A stretch of DNA of 64,000 bases, taken from the IMG/VR virus record IMGVR_UViG_3300038312_000168, positions 1 through 64,000 of that record; one strand, written 5' to 3'. Positions 35,901 through 43,903 of this stretch are shown here, piece by piece; positions within the stretch are counted from its first letter, which is position 1, and each line of letters starts with the position of its first letter. Source of the DNA: a virus. The notes under the pieces are model-generated. The model had not been told where the DNA came from and searched no databases. It saw nothing but the letters and a program-made list of their open reading frames with translations. Both the position numbers and the translations under genes were made by a program.

Positions 35901-36384
35901 CTATTACCCGTTTATGAAGTTCCGTGATCTGGATCTATCCGTCACTCTTAACGGGACTGCTTCGCTGTATGGAGCGTTCATCCCCCTGTTCAACGCATAC
36001 GGTTCATCATCGGGTAGAATTATCAATTATTACGGGGTTTATCTCAGATCTTCAAATAGCGACATCATCATAACAGCATTTAACTCTGATGGTATGGCGA
36101 CAGGAACGCCCCTCGCTTTAGGTGCAATTACCCCCATATTCCCTGCAACTCTGCGTGTGACGGTAAGTGCATCAGGACTTGTAACAGCGTATTATGGGGG
36201 GGTTGCCATCTGCTCCTGCTCGATACCCGCGCTGGTAACGTCTCCGTTCATGGCTGCTATTGAGGTGATGATTCGGACACAGAATACGAACCTTACATTC
36301 GACAATCTCCAAATCTCCGGCACTAGAGTCTACAACAAACCCATCCACCGAGGAGCAATGCTTGGATTATACTCTACGAGTTGA
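32935..36384 (+). CDS. tail-tip/host-recognition protein, paralog 2, with LamG/concanavalin-like C-terminal domains (1149 aa)
   Basis: N-terminus paralogous to 29481..32372; NDGNYHTLKVVWTTTGITFYLDGSLGNTY is typical of laminin-G/ConA-like lectin folds; 3' third is visibly G+C-richer. Confidence 0.6.
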   Translation: MYIGDIYLPILSSIDKKSVSKITKEIAGINISDPKTISIRRNLQPVTLDGYLYNDGEKNDAQYAEDVEALQYRSAGYCYTKYADLDGFIEIESADAPQTSEELGVRNYSIEGKYLPATKYERVVEVETEMRENEFNIEFPPHVALPIGATNVRVKTSQDSVKLPTPAFMAGDLPIYRPFPAFYPDNVIHSTSDTPKYDKTAYKMSYNLLDAKDESISYTMVSGVDIPLGSYRVVLRIKADSTVNGDVKITVSDGTNNVVDSLHTLVGDGVWNIVKTASFSILQRGLTYTVTVSKATDSVSNIAVNYGFLLPEKRARVAFDVAVEYDVGECKVYDTVTTDAAEADWIQVYNPEHDFAGDIVVQNSMFRWVIKQTAWKDATKVYNVTGTSPVEIGELYNKAFGDDSVAIKFKEIKPNYLKFTFELDTGNATSESTSAKEIDTVEITPFNVVIDKDVIGTYKDHYTFESTPGALVEYENGIIAGIDANSVYGLIKSVDVTSSIDGDIIETTGSESSDSYVVPFVIPCEITSYLYKQATDLVISKDNNDIERKFWKDDFSVDSFPFYDNVVANSKNYFTVSGGELVFNTNGESVQPEIVSQFAGCKYGEYELVFKVNDPEIDTKKLISILFAVNGVNYWGVLLTREIGNTISRCYLHKNNVIVSGSGKTYDSINFNDGNYHTLKVVWTTTGITFYLDGSLGNTYAPTSNNYPSISDAKIGVGIPYIQYSCNANIASITYRPSISYTDDFTTDTVSGANGRYQAVTGTVAYDDVNKRMNVTTATGANGKASGRLKSYKFTEGSQIYDVTLPTGADGDFITLVTHPANGLMTDGIGVGLQSDGAGNWNLATLSGTTVTEGADSGLDDGDVARIEIEKDLSGAYWYYIYNAAGAKPATPTGKLFTTLSEGYTGWYANGAGAETQTYAIDNISIRAESIVGRTNVEVEEPFWFRDEFSENSLGRAVTVVGGSSMAIAVADGALRFTSSGDSYQHGHIYYPFMKFRDLDLSVTLNGTASLYGAFIPLFNAYGSSSGRIINYYGVYLRSSNSDIIITAFNSDGMATGTPLALGAITPIFPATLRVTVSASGLVTAYYGGVAICSCSIPALVTSPFMAAIEVMIRTQNTNLTFDNLQISGTRVYNKPIHRGAMLGLYSTS

Positions 36385-36389
36385 TAATA

Positions 36390-37094
36390 ATGAATACTTT
36401 TAAATTTTATTGTGGAAAAAAAGTATATTTTGATGAAGAAACAAATAGACATTATATTTTAGAGAAAAAAACATCATCAAATAATTACCGTAGAAGATAT
36501 GGTGAGATAAAAACGTGTAAAGAATGTGGCAATGAATTTTTTACAATTCATGACAGTGAATTTTGTTGCAAAGTGTGTATGGGTATATATGTAGAAATAA
36601 TTGATATAAATATTGTTGATGGATTATATGTTTATGTAACTTCAAATCTTGATTATTTTATCTATACAAATGAATATGGTAAATATAGAAAACGATATGG
36701 TTTTCTAAAAAATTGTAAATTTTGTGGGAAATTATTTTTTGCACATAAAGAAAAAACAATGTTTTGTTCAAATTCGTGTAAATTTAGCGGTGAAAACAGT
36801 TATTCTTATGTTGATGGTAATACTGATTTAAAACATTCAATGAGAACATCAACAAAATATAAAACATGGCGTGAAAATGTAATGACACGCGATGAACATA
36901 CTTGTAAAAATTGTGGATGTAAAAGTAATTTAGATGTTCATCATATTGTTACTGTTGAAGATATTTTTGAAACATATGAAATTGAAGATATATTAGATAT
37001 GCGTAACTGTGAATTTCTGTGGGATGAAGATAACGGTATAACTCTTTGCCGTGATTGTCATATTGGAGTGCATAATGGGAGTGTTAGTTTATGA
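36390..37094 (+). CDS. HNH endonuclease with duplicated N-terminal zinc-ribbon units (234 aa)
   Basis: C-terminus CKNCGC..NLDVHHIV....NGITLCRDCHIGVHNG (HNH/beta-beta-alpha-Me); two N-terminal repeats YR(R/K)RYG..K.CK.CG..FF...... (F/M)C...C; ATG 36390 (track start is TTG). Confidence 0.85.
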   Translation: MNTFKFYCGKKVYFDEETNRHYILEKKTSSNNYRRRYGEIKTCKECGNEFFTIHDSEFCCKVCMGIYVEIIDINIVDGLYVYVTSNLDYFIYTNEYGKYRKRYGFLKNCKFCGKLFFAHKEKTMFCSNSCKFSGENSYSYVDGNTDLKHSMRTSTKYKTWRENVMTRDEHTCKNCGCKSNLDVHHIVTVEDIFETYEIEDILDMRNCEFLWDEDNGITLCRDCHIGVHNGSVSL

Positions 37095-38014
37095 CTGAAG
37101 TAACTTGTTCAGCGTTTATCGTTGATTTTAACTGGAATTGTATTGCAGAATTTACAGGTGTAACTTCTTCTGTGGTTGATACTACTAATGGAAGATTAAC
37201 ACTTGCAGATACAACCTATATCTATCCTACCGGATTAACGTTTGGAGAAGGATATTATCAGTTCAAGATTCAGCGTTCTGCTGCATCTGGTAGTATTACA
37301 CTATTGGTAGGTAATAATGAAATAAACATCACTAATGCAGGTGCGATTGCATTTAATGGTGGGACTGCTGAAACATATACTATTGATCCTACCAATGCAG
37401 TTAATGTTGAATTACTTGTAGGCACTACTTCGATTACTGTTTATGCTGACAGGGTTTTGAAGGGAACTAAAACAGGATTAACGATTGCTGCAAGTAATGT
37501 CAAAATGAAAATGGCAACCGCTAACTTCTACGTTTATGATATTATTATCAATGCTGAATCATCTGATACTACAAGTGGTGTAGTTGCATGTGTTGGTGGA
37601 ATCGGAAGTGGTGCGAGATATGGAGTGGAAGAATCTGTTTACAACACATTCACTACTGCAAATGTAGACAAAGGTGTTTACCTTACTTCTGCAAAAGTAA
37701 AAACAACTAATCCTAATGCAGACGAAGTATCGCTTGAATATGTCAACGAAACTACTTCTACTACACTTGATAATACTTCTATTGTAGTAGATGCTGATTA
37801 CACCATTAAAACTACACCAATTACTATCAAAGAAAATGAGACTGATGTTTTAACAGTAGGTGTAAAGAACTCTACCACTTGTAATCAACCTGCTACTTAC
37901 GTGGAATCTCTTTCCCTGATTCCAGTTTCAGGTAACAGTGTTTTATACCCACAAGATTTAGCATTTATCAGTGGTGTGAAACCATCACAGAAGCGTAAGG
38001 TGGAGGTGAAATAA
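37091..38014 (+). CDS. tail fibre/baseplate-associated structural protein (307 aa)
   Basis: ATGA overlap with HNH gene; Thr/Ser/Val-rich beta-type composition. Confidence 0.4.
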   Translation: MTEVTCSAFIVDFNWNCIAEFTGVTSSVVDTTNGRLTLADTTYIYPTGLTFGEGYYQFKIQRSAASGSITLLVGNNEINITNAGAIAFNGGTAETYTIDPTNAVNVELLVGTTSITVYADRVLKGTKTGLTIAASNVKMKMATANFYVYDIIINAESSDTTSGVVACVGGIGSGARYGVEESVYNTFTTANVDKGVYLTSAKVKTTNPNADEVSLEYVNETTSTTLDNTSIVVDADYTIKTTPITIKENETDVLTVGVKNSTTCNQPATYVESLSLIPVSGNSVLYPQDLAFISGVKPSQKRKVEVK

Positions 38015-38641
38015 ATGTTACGTAAGATAGAATATCGGGGTGATTTTCCTACAACGGAAGAACATATTCAATTTTCTGTAATAGAAATTCAAACAAAAGA
38101 AGTAGTCAATGAACTTGAAGAACCTGAAGAGTATAATGTTGCATACCTCGATGTTGCTGAAACTTATCAGGCGATTGTTGATTACGAGACAATCATTTCC
38201 TATGATGAAGAGGGTAATGAAGTAGAAGTGCAGAATCCTATTTACGAGACTGTTGAAGTGGATATGGATTCATTCTCCCTCCCTGCTACGTGGAATGAGA
38301 TTCAGAATGTGTTGCACTTTGACTTCAAGATTAAAGATAGACTCTACACCTTTGGTAACACTCCTGGAGCGATTAAAGTAGGATTACAAGATTCTATTAT
38401 TTGTAGAACTGTGTATGAACCTGTCATGATTAATTATGGTGACAGAGGCAACATTACACAGAAACAGTCTTACATTAAACGTCTTGTAACACCTACTGAA
38501 CCTCCCTTACTTGTAATCAATGGTGTGTTTACTGTGCAAAATAATTATGATGAGTTTGTTGAACAATACACGAAAGAACAGATGACACTTGAAGATATTG
38601 AACTTTACCGTGATGGTGTTTTTATTAAAAATTATAGGTGA
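38015..38641 (+). CDS. hypothetical structural-module protein (208 aa)
   Basis: Start abuts upstream stop; no motifs recognised. Confidence 0.5.
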   Translation: MLRKIEYRGDFPTTEEHIQFSVIEIQTKEVVNELEEPEEYNVAYLDVAETYQAIVDYETIISYDEEGNEVEVQNPIYETVEVDMDSFSLPATWNEIQNVLHFDFKIKDRLYTFGNTPGAIKVGLQDSIICRTVYEPVMINYGDRGNITQKQSYIKRLVTPTEPPLLVINGVFTVQNNYDEFVEQYTKEQMTLEDIELYRDGVFIKNYR

Positions 38642-38647
38642 ATAAAA

Positions 38648-39004
38648 ATGAATGAATTTGGCAATGGATATATAGAAAAGGTTTGGTGTAATTCTGTAAC
38701 AACCCCTCAACCATTAAAAGTGATTCCTTACCTGAAAGATTATAAAGTATTCTTCAGTGTAAGAGGAACGGAAATAGGTAGAATAACAATTGGTGTATTT
38801 GTGGATGATATTCTGGATCAGATGCTTACCACGAATATTCTAGAGAAGAATAAAAGTCTTGCAATTTGGTTCTGGTATCCTTACAAGCATAAACAAAAGG
38901 GTAAGCACGTAATTCAGTTCAAGATTGGTGAAGCAACGGATAGAACAGCTGATTCTGTTACATGGAAATATACATCTGACAAATATATAGTTGAGGTGAT
39001 TTAA
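38648..39004 (+). CDS. hypothetical protein (118 aa)
   Basis: ORF track; tight packing in late operon. Confidence 0.5.
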   Translation: MNEFGNGYIEKVWCNSVTTPQPLKVIPYLKDYKVFFSVRGTEIGRITIGVFVDDILDQMLTTNILEKNKSLAIWFWYPYKHKQKGKHVIQFKIGEATDRTADSVTWKYTSDKYIVEVI

Positions 39005-39262
39005 ATGGATAACATTTTACAGTTTTTAATTGACAGTGGTATTCTCTACATGATTGTTTCTACCCTTCTTACTGTTGGTATTGGATTTATTGTAGGGAAA
39101 GGAGTATCGTTCAAAGAGATTCAGGATATTATTGGTGCGATTGAAGAGAGTTATGAGGATGGATATATCAGTCCCGATGAAGCACGTAAGATTTACAAAG
39201 AGATTGAAGATGTCATTGGACAGGATTGGTATATCCGGTTGTTCAGATTATTCAAGAGGTGA
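39005..39262 (+). CDS. holin-like small membrane protein (85 aa)
   Basis: One N-terminal TM (ILYMIVSTLLTVGIGFIVG) and a charged C-terminal tail; at the end of the late operon, just before the HExxH protein. Confidence 0.4.
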   Translation: MDNILQFLIDSGILYMIVSTLLTVGIGFIVGKGVSFKEIQDIIGAIEESYEDGYISPDEARKIYKEIEDVIGQDWYIRLFRLFKR

Positions 39263-39265
39263 TGT

Positions 39266-39820
39266 ATGAAATTTGATATAAAGAAATTTAAACTCTACTT
39301 CTTTACACTTTTATCTGCTGTGTTTGGAACACCTAAAGAAAGACCAATAAAAATTGATATTTACATTGAAGATAACATTGATCCGGAATTTGTAAAGAAC
39401 TCTCTTTACCTTATTCCTCAATTGTGGAAATTCAACTTCCTTACAGAAGCACCTAAGTATCGTGTAATGAATGGAGAATGGAAGGGATTTCTTATACCTG
39501 AAGCGGATAATACTGTTGTAATCTTCGATGGTAAGGCTCGTAATGCCAAATATGCAGGAGGTTGTGCAGGAAAGAGTGTTGGTGTAACAAAGAACACATG
39601 GGAAACAGATGAATTAGGATTTGGATTACGCATTTGGCATGAACTTCTCCATGCACAGAAGATTGATTCTGATGCAATGTTACGTAGTCCTGAATTTGAA
39701 GAATGGTTAGAATCACAGTTTAAATATATTCTTACCGAAAATAGAACTGCATACCAACATTCTATGCAGTTTCAGATACTTTTCTATAACTTCCTTACGC
39801 GGAAGTTTGTAAGGGGATAA
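39266..39820 (+). CDS. secreted/anchored HExxH zinc-metallopeptidase-like protein (184 aa)
   Basis: N-terminal hydrophobic signal/anchor (LYFFTLLSAVFG) and WHELLHAQ (HExxH); last gene of the late operon. Confidence 0.45.
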   Translation: MKFDIKKFKLYFFTLLSAVFGTPKERPIKIDIYIEDNIDPEFVKNSLYLIPQLWKFNFLTEAPKYRVMNGEWKGFLIPEADNTVVIFDGKARNAKYAGGCAGKSVGVTKNTWETDELGFGLRIWHELLHAQKIDSDAMLRSPEFEEWLESQFKYILTENRTAYQHSMQFQILFYNFLTRKFVRG

Positions 39821-39838
39821 ATCCTCTTACCTTTTTTA

Positions 39839-39975
39839 AATCTCTTCAATTCTTTGAGTAAAACATCACTTTTCGAGCATGATGTTTTGAAGAGGTATAT
39901 TTACTCATCTGAAAAAAGATAGGGTGCGGAAACATATAGTTTTGATATGTTTCAGGGGTAATATTTTGATTCTAG
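39839..39975 (-). repeat. copy E (inverted orientation) of five-copy intergenic element
   Basis: Reverse complement reads CTAGAATCAAAATATTACCCC ... CCGCACCCTATCT ... AAATATACC ... GATGTTTTACTCAAAGAATTGAAGAGATT; starts 18 nt after stop of 39266..39820(+); the other end contains the TAG stop (39972-39974) of the convergent gene. Confidence 0.8.
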
Positions 39976-40214
39976 TTTATGGTTACTCGACCATATGAAT
40001 CAAGAATAAATCCAAGATAAGAGTTAACATTACAACAAGTATCAATTTTACCTGACTGTTTATCAATGTTGCAAATGTTACTACATATCACATGGTTTCC
40101 ATTCTCATCCACAAGTTCAAGCGTAACAAATTTATCATTGTCTACAAGATTAAAGTAGACATTCTCAACCTTACTCTTTTCCGCGTCAAAGACGCCACAA
40201 ACCTTGTAATCCAT
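39972..40214 (-). CDS. hypothetical protein (80 aa)
   Basis: Track start 40289 is TTG; first ATG at 40214. Confidence 0.45.
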   Translation of the reverse strand: MDYKVCGVFDAEKSKVENVYFNLVDNDKFVTLELVDENGNHVICSNICNIDKQSGKIDTCCNVNSYLGFILDSYGRVTIN

Positions 40215-40309
40215 TTTCTTTACACCAAACCTATGTTGTATACAATTAGTTTTACGTTTGTCTATAAAAGGGTTTTGAAATTGATTCAACCTGAACTATT
40301 ATGCAAAAA

Positions 40310-40906
40310 TTATTCTGGATGATAATAACGATACAGGTAATAACGGAGGGTATTTTCCACATTGAAGCAAATATTGTCAACAGAACCATTTGCATCCAGA
40401 ATGAAATATCGATGTTTTCCCTCTTTTGCAAGTTTTATATAATTGTCCTGAATCTTACTTAAACGCTGTATTTCCTCTGTCATGTTGTTTATCTTACGCC
40501 GTTTAGCATTACGTAAGGCGAACATCGATGGATTACCGTAAAGTAAGATGGTTATATCGGGAAAGAGTGTATTACCATCGAAGAAGCGCATAATCTCATC
40601 AGTGTCGCGCGAGAGGACCACACCATAACGCGCAATGATTTCATCCAGGTAAGGATCGGTAATTACAATCTTACCCTCTTCGAGTGCAGGAGTGATGAAT
40701 GAATCAATGTGGTCATAATGATCGAGCAGCGTAAGAAGTAATTGTTTTTCAGGGTTGTCCTTATGCTTCTTAATCAAATCACGCATATCTTCAGCGAATG
40801 GTTCTGCCGTGTAAACAATATCTTCAAAGTCAGTCAGATTTTCACGTAAATAGTTAAGGACAGTGGTTTTTCCACTTCCCTCAACACCTTCAATACTTAT
40901 AATCAT
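40310..40906 (-). CDS. tmk: thymidylate (dTMP) kinase (198 aa)
   Basis: MIISIEGVEGSGKTT P-loop typical of Tmk; ATG 40906 preceded by AGGTGG (track start 40921 lies within the SD). Confidence 0.8.
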   Translation of the reverse strand: MIISIEGVEGSGKTTVLNYLRENLTDFEDIVYTAEPFAEDMRDLIKKHKDNPEKQLLLTLLDHYDHIDSFITPALEEGKIVITDPYLDEIIARYGVVLSRDTDEIMRFFDGNTLFPDITILLYGNPSMFALRNAKRRKINNMTEEIQRLSKIQDNYIKLAKEGKHRYFILDANGSVDNICFNVENTLRYYLYRYYHPE

Positions 40907-40917
40907 TTTATACCACC

Positions 40918-41553
40918 TCATAAAAAGTTGAGTGCTTCAATAGTCTCTTTTGGGAGTTTAATCTTCAATGCACCATTTTTATAATCTGTAATCAAGTCAG
41001 AAAGTTTAGGATACGCTTCAAGTAACTTCTGTGCGCGTCTATCACCCACTCCAGGCAAGGACAAGTAAATGTCATAGAGTGGATTTGTACTTGACTTAAC
41101 TTTCTTATGCTTAACACTCTCTACTTTCTTACCCTTGCCTACCATTTCACGGATCTTAAAGATTGCATGGAATAATTGAGGCGCGGTATCAAATTGAATC
41201 ATCTTTACATTATACCTTGCTGCTACAGAACAGAGGGAACCAACAGTATGTGTGGTTTTCCATTGTTTAGCGTAAGGAATAAAGTAGAGACTCTTGAAAT
41301 TACCGTGTATGAAAAGGTAAGGTTCATCAAACTGTTCAAGGTTGGTAAGTTGAGTTTCTAATCTTCCATCGCGCACCGAATTGACAAAATCAGCAACAGA
41401 TTTACGTTCAATGACAATCTTCTTCTCACCATCAATAACCCAAGCGAAATCACCCGATTCCATATATTCAAAACGGACTTCAACATTTAATGTTTTTGCA
41501 ATGCGAGCAATCTTATTTTGAACAGTTTTGGGTTCTCTTGTATCTACAATCAA
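40918..41553 (-). CDS. xpf: XPF/Mus81-type ERCC4 nuclease with C-terminal HhH2 (211 aa)
   Basis: VDTREP, GDFAWVI, IERKSVADFVNSVRDGRLETQ (ERCC4 GDxn-ERKx3D signature) and LPGVGDRRAQKLLEAY (helix-hairpin-helix); TTG start. Confidence 0.85.
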   Translation of the reverse strand: MIVDTREPKTVQNKIARIAKTLNVEVRFEYMESGDFAWVIDGEKKIVIERKSVADFVNSVRDGRLETQLTNLEQFDEPYLFIHGNFKSLYFIPYAKQWKTTHTVGSLCSVAARYNVKMIQFDTAPQLFHAIFKIREMVGKGKKVESVKHKKVKSSTNPLYDIYLSLPGVGDRRAQKLLEAYPKLSDLITDYKNGALKIKLPKETIEALNFL

Positions 41554-41566
41554 ATATTCTATGGTA

Positions 41567-42646
41567 TCACCTATATATTTTTACTAAATGTTTGTCTATC
41601 GTTCCATACTCTCTTGTAAAGTCACAGTAACCAGGATGAGGACAATAACCATACTGCTTGACAAGTTCACAACGTGGGAAAATAGGTTGGTTGTAAACAT
41701 CAAGCAGTCTATCAAGTTGTCGCTCTTCTACAATGCAATGATACGCCTCTGTGCGTCCATTACGTGTGCTTACAAGATATTTCTCAAGTATATCCTTGAT
41801 CTCGCCATAGAGGAAACCACTATCACGCAGGTAGGAAATAAGCAAGTAGCGCCCTCTAAAACCTACTCGTTTTGACATACTGTTTATCAGTAAGGATGAA
41901 ATGCATGGTGGAAGAGATTTGAGTAGAGAATCATGCGTTATCTGCCTACAAATGGCTTCATCAAACTCAAATCTATAATCTTGTAAGGAGAGTGAATTAC
42001 AGCGATTACAATAGTATTTTCCACCCACATCAAACATTTCCATGTTTAGGTATTTGCTACCGTAAATTACATAATCACATGGATGTGGTTGCACTGTAGC
42101 CTTACGCTGTATGAACTTCAATCCACGCTCAAGATCATCTGTTGTAAGGGGTATGCAGTATCTACCACGACGATTGTTGAATGTTCCGGGAATGGTTGCT
42201 ACACGCGCAATATCTCCCATGACTTTCTCATCCATTGTAGTCAATTTGAACTTCCTTACAAAAAATGTGTGTGCGCTAAAGAGTGCTGCTTTCTTATTCT
42301 TCAAATCCGTGTAATTCTTGGTAAAGAGGTAGAAGTGAAATCCATTACCAGAATAAAGCATCAAGTAGCGCATATTACGCTTATCAAACTCATTTGAGAG
42401 TTTAACTGCATCAACAAATGATTTCTCGCCGTCAAGGTCAAAGAATATCTTATCTACGTTGAGGAATGCATTATCATACACTTCAGAGGACGTATAATTA
42501 TAAATGGTAGCAAACACCCGCTTGTATGATTTATAGCGATTTATCTGCTCGTAAAATTCCTCAGAAGTATTTGTTGTAATCCGGTAAGGAATAGAAATTT
42601 GACGCGGGAATGAATCATAAAGTAACTTGTGAATAGTAGCGCACAC
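41567..42646 (-). CDS. archaeo-eukaryotic primase (PriS-like) with Cys-rich C-terminal extension (359 aa)
   Basis: AEP motifs IFFDLDG (DxD), YSGNGFHFY (sGxGxH), DIARVATIPGTFNNRRG; C-terminal half has CNRC..C, CISS, C...CPHPGYC; GTG start after GGTGGA. Confidence 0.8.
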   Translation of the reverse strand: MCATIHKLLYDSFPRQISIPYRITTNTSEEFYEQINRYKSYKRVFATIYNYTSSEVYDNAFLNVDKIFFDLDGEKSFVDAVKLSNEFDKRNMRYLMLYSGNGFHFYLFTKNYTDLKNKKAALFSAHTFFVRKFKLTTMDEKVMGDIARVATIPGTFNNRRGRYCIPLTTDDLERGLKFIQRKATVQPHPCDYVIYGSKYLNMEMFDVGGKYYCNRCNSLSLQDYRFEFDEAICRQITHDSLLKSLPPCISSLLINSMSKRVGFRGRYLLISYLRDSGFLYGEIKDILEKYLVSTRNGRTEAYHCIVEERQLDRLLDVYNQPIFPRCELVKQYGYCPHPGYCDFTREYGTIDKHLVKIYR

Positions 42647-42697
42647 AATCTTCCACCACTATTCTATATGTAAAAAAGAGTTTAAATAGATTGTTAT

Positions 42698-43384
42698 TTA
42701 GAGGAAGTCATCTTGTGTGGTTTCATCATAAATCATGTCACATATGTAGGCAAATTCACAATAATTGCACAACCATGATGGTTTTGCTTCAAACTTCTTT
42801 TCTTCAATCTTCTTTACTGTATTGTCAAACTTACGTAACACGGATTTAATACGTTTCTGTTCCACATCTTCAATGAAAGAATCATCAGGATAACCAGTAA
42901 AGAATATGCCAACCTGATCAATAGTTATTCCAGTTGTTTTCTGCACTAGGTAGACATACAAGTGTAGTTCATCAAGATAATTCTTGTAATCACTTACACG
43001 ATACTTACCCGTCTTGTAATCAACCAGGATGTTCTTACCATCTTTCTCATAAATTGCATCAATGATTCCTACAAGATTCTTCTCTTCATCATACAATTTA
43101 CGTTCAGCGTAGGTAGCACGATCAAGACCAAACATGGAAAGAATGATGTAGAAGTTACCAATATGTGTCTTGTAGAAATCATCCTTCATTAAGAACTGCT
43201 CGTAGTATTCAAAGTCTGCTGCATTTTTATTGAAAGATTCAAATAGTTCATGCAGAGTGCTACCTTTCTTCGCTGCTTCATTTGAAACGCGGTCCTTACC
43301 ATAAATCGTGTAAGTCTCAATGTAGAACTTGCGAGGACACTTACGGTAAAGATACATTTTACTCTTACTCATGCGGAACTTCAA
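42698..43384 (-). CDS. cas4: Cas4-like PD-(D/E)xK nuclease with 4-Cys cluster (228 aa)
   Basis: YRKCPRKFY at N-terminus, IIDAIYE...LVDYKTGK core, C-terminal CNYCEFAYIC: the Cas4/DUF83 pattern; TTGA overlap with upstream stop, SD GGAGGT 7 nt upstream. Confidence 0.8.
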   Translation of the reverse strand: MKFRMSKSKMYLYRKCPRKFYIETYTIYGKDRVSNEAAKKGSTLHELFESFNKNAADFEYYEQFLMKDDFYKTHIGNFYIILSMFGLDRATYAERKLYDEEKNLVGIIDAIYEKDGKNILVDYKTGKYRVSDYKNYLDELHLYVYLVQKTTGITIDQVGIFFTGYPDDSFIEDVEQKRIKSVLRKFDNTVKKIEEKKFEAKPSWLCNYCEFAYICDMIYDETTQDDFL

Positions 43385-43614
43385 ATCCTTACCTCCTTAC
43401 CGCTCATCCATGCCTGTAACCATCCACGTTCTGCCCAATACTTACACATATCAACAAATTTGTAAGTCTTGTTCTCATACTCTACTTTACGTGGAATATT
43501 CTTACCATTGACAAAATCAAAGAATGCCATTTTCATTACTGATTCAAAAGAATCAAAGGTAATCCATCGTTCATTTTGCATTGTTTCCATGTAGTAATAA
43601 TGTGCAACTGACAT
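43381..43614 (-). CDS. hypothetical protein (77 aa)
   Basis: ORF track, ATG start. Confidence 0.5.
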   Translation of the reverse strand: MSVAHYYYMETMQNERWITFDSFESVMKMAFFDFVNGKNIPRKVEYENKTYKFVDMCKYWAERGWLQAWMSGKEVRI

Positions 43615-43708
43615 TTAATCCAACTCCGAAGTAATACAGTAATCTGAATAGGTTTTTCTCACTGATATACGCTTTAAAATTGATTTAAGGGTAGAAATGA
43701 AATGCACC

Positions 43709-43903
43709 TTACCAACATCCATAGTCTGTTAAATCGATACATTCACCACAATTTTCACATTCCGCTTTATGAACACAACCAATTCCTGTTCCAATAATGT
43801 GTAAGTGAATCGTTAATTCATATTTATTATCATCAAAACAACGCTCATGTCGAGCGATAAACTGATTGAGTTGTGCAAGTTCATTTTCGTTTAGTTCTAA
43901 CAT
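43709..43903 (-). CDS. hypothetical Cys-rich protein (64 aa)
   Basis: ATG 43903 in TAATG overlap with RNR stop (track start is GTG); C-terminal CENCGEC..C. Confidence 0.5.
   Translation of the reverse strand: MLELNENELAQLNQFIARHERCFDDNKYELTIHLHIIGTGIGCVHKAECENCGECIDLTDYGCW

Noticed and set aside
34560-36384. Diversity-generating retroelement target in the G+C-rich receptor-binding domain
   Set aside because: No reverse transcriptase gene and no nearby template repeat resembling the C-terminal coding sequence were found by eye in the window.
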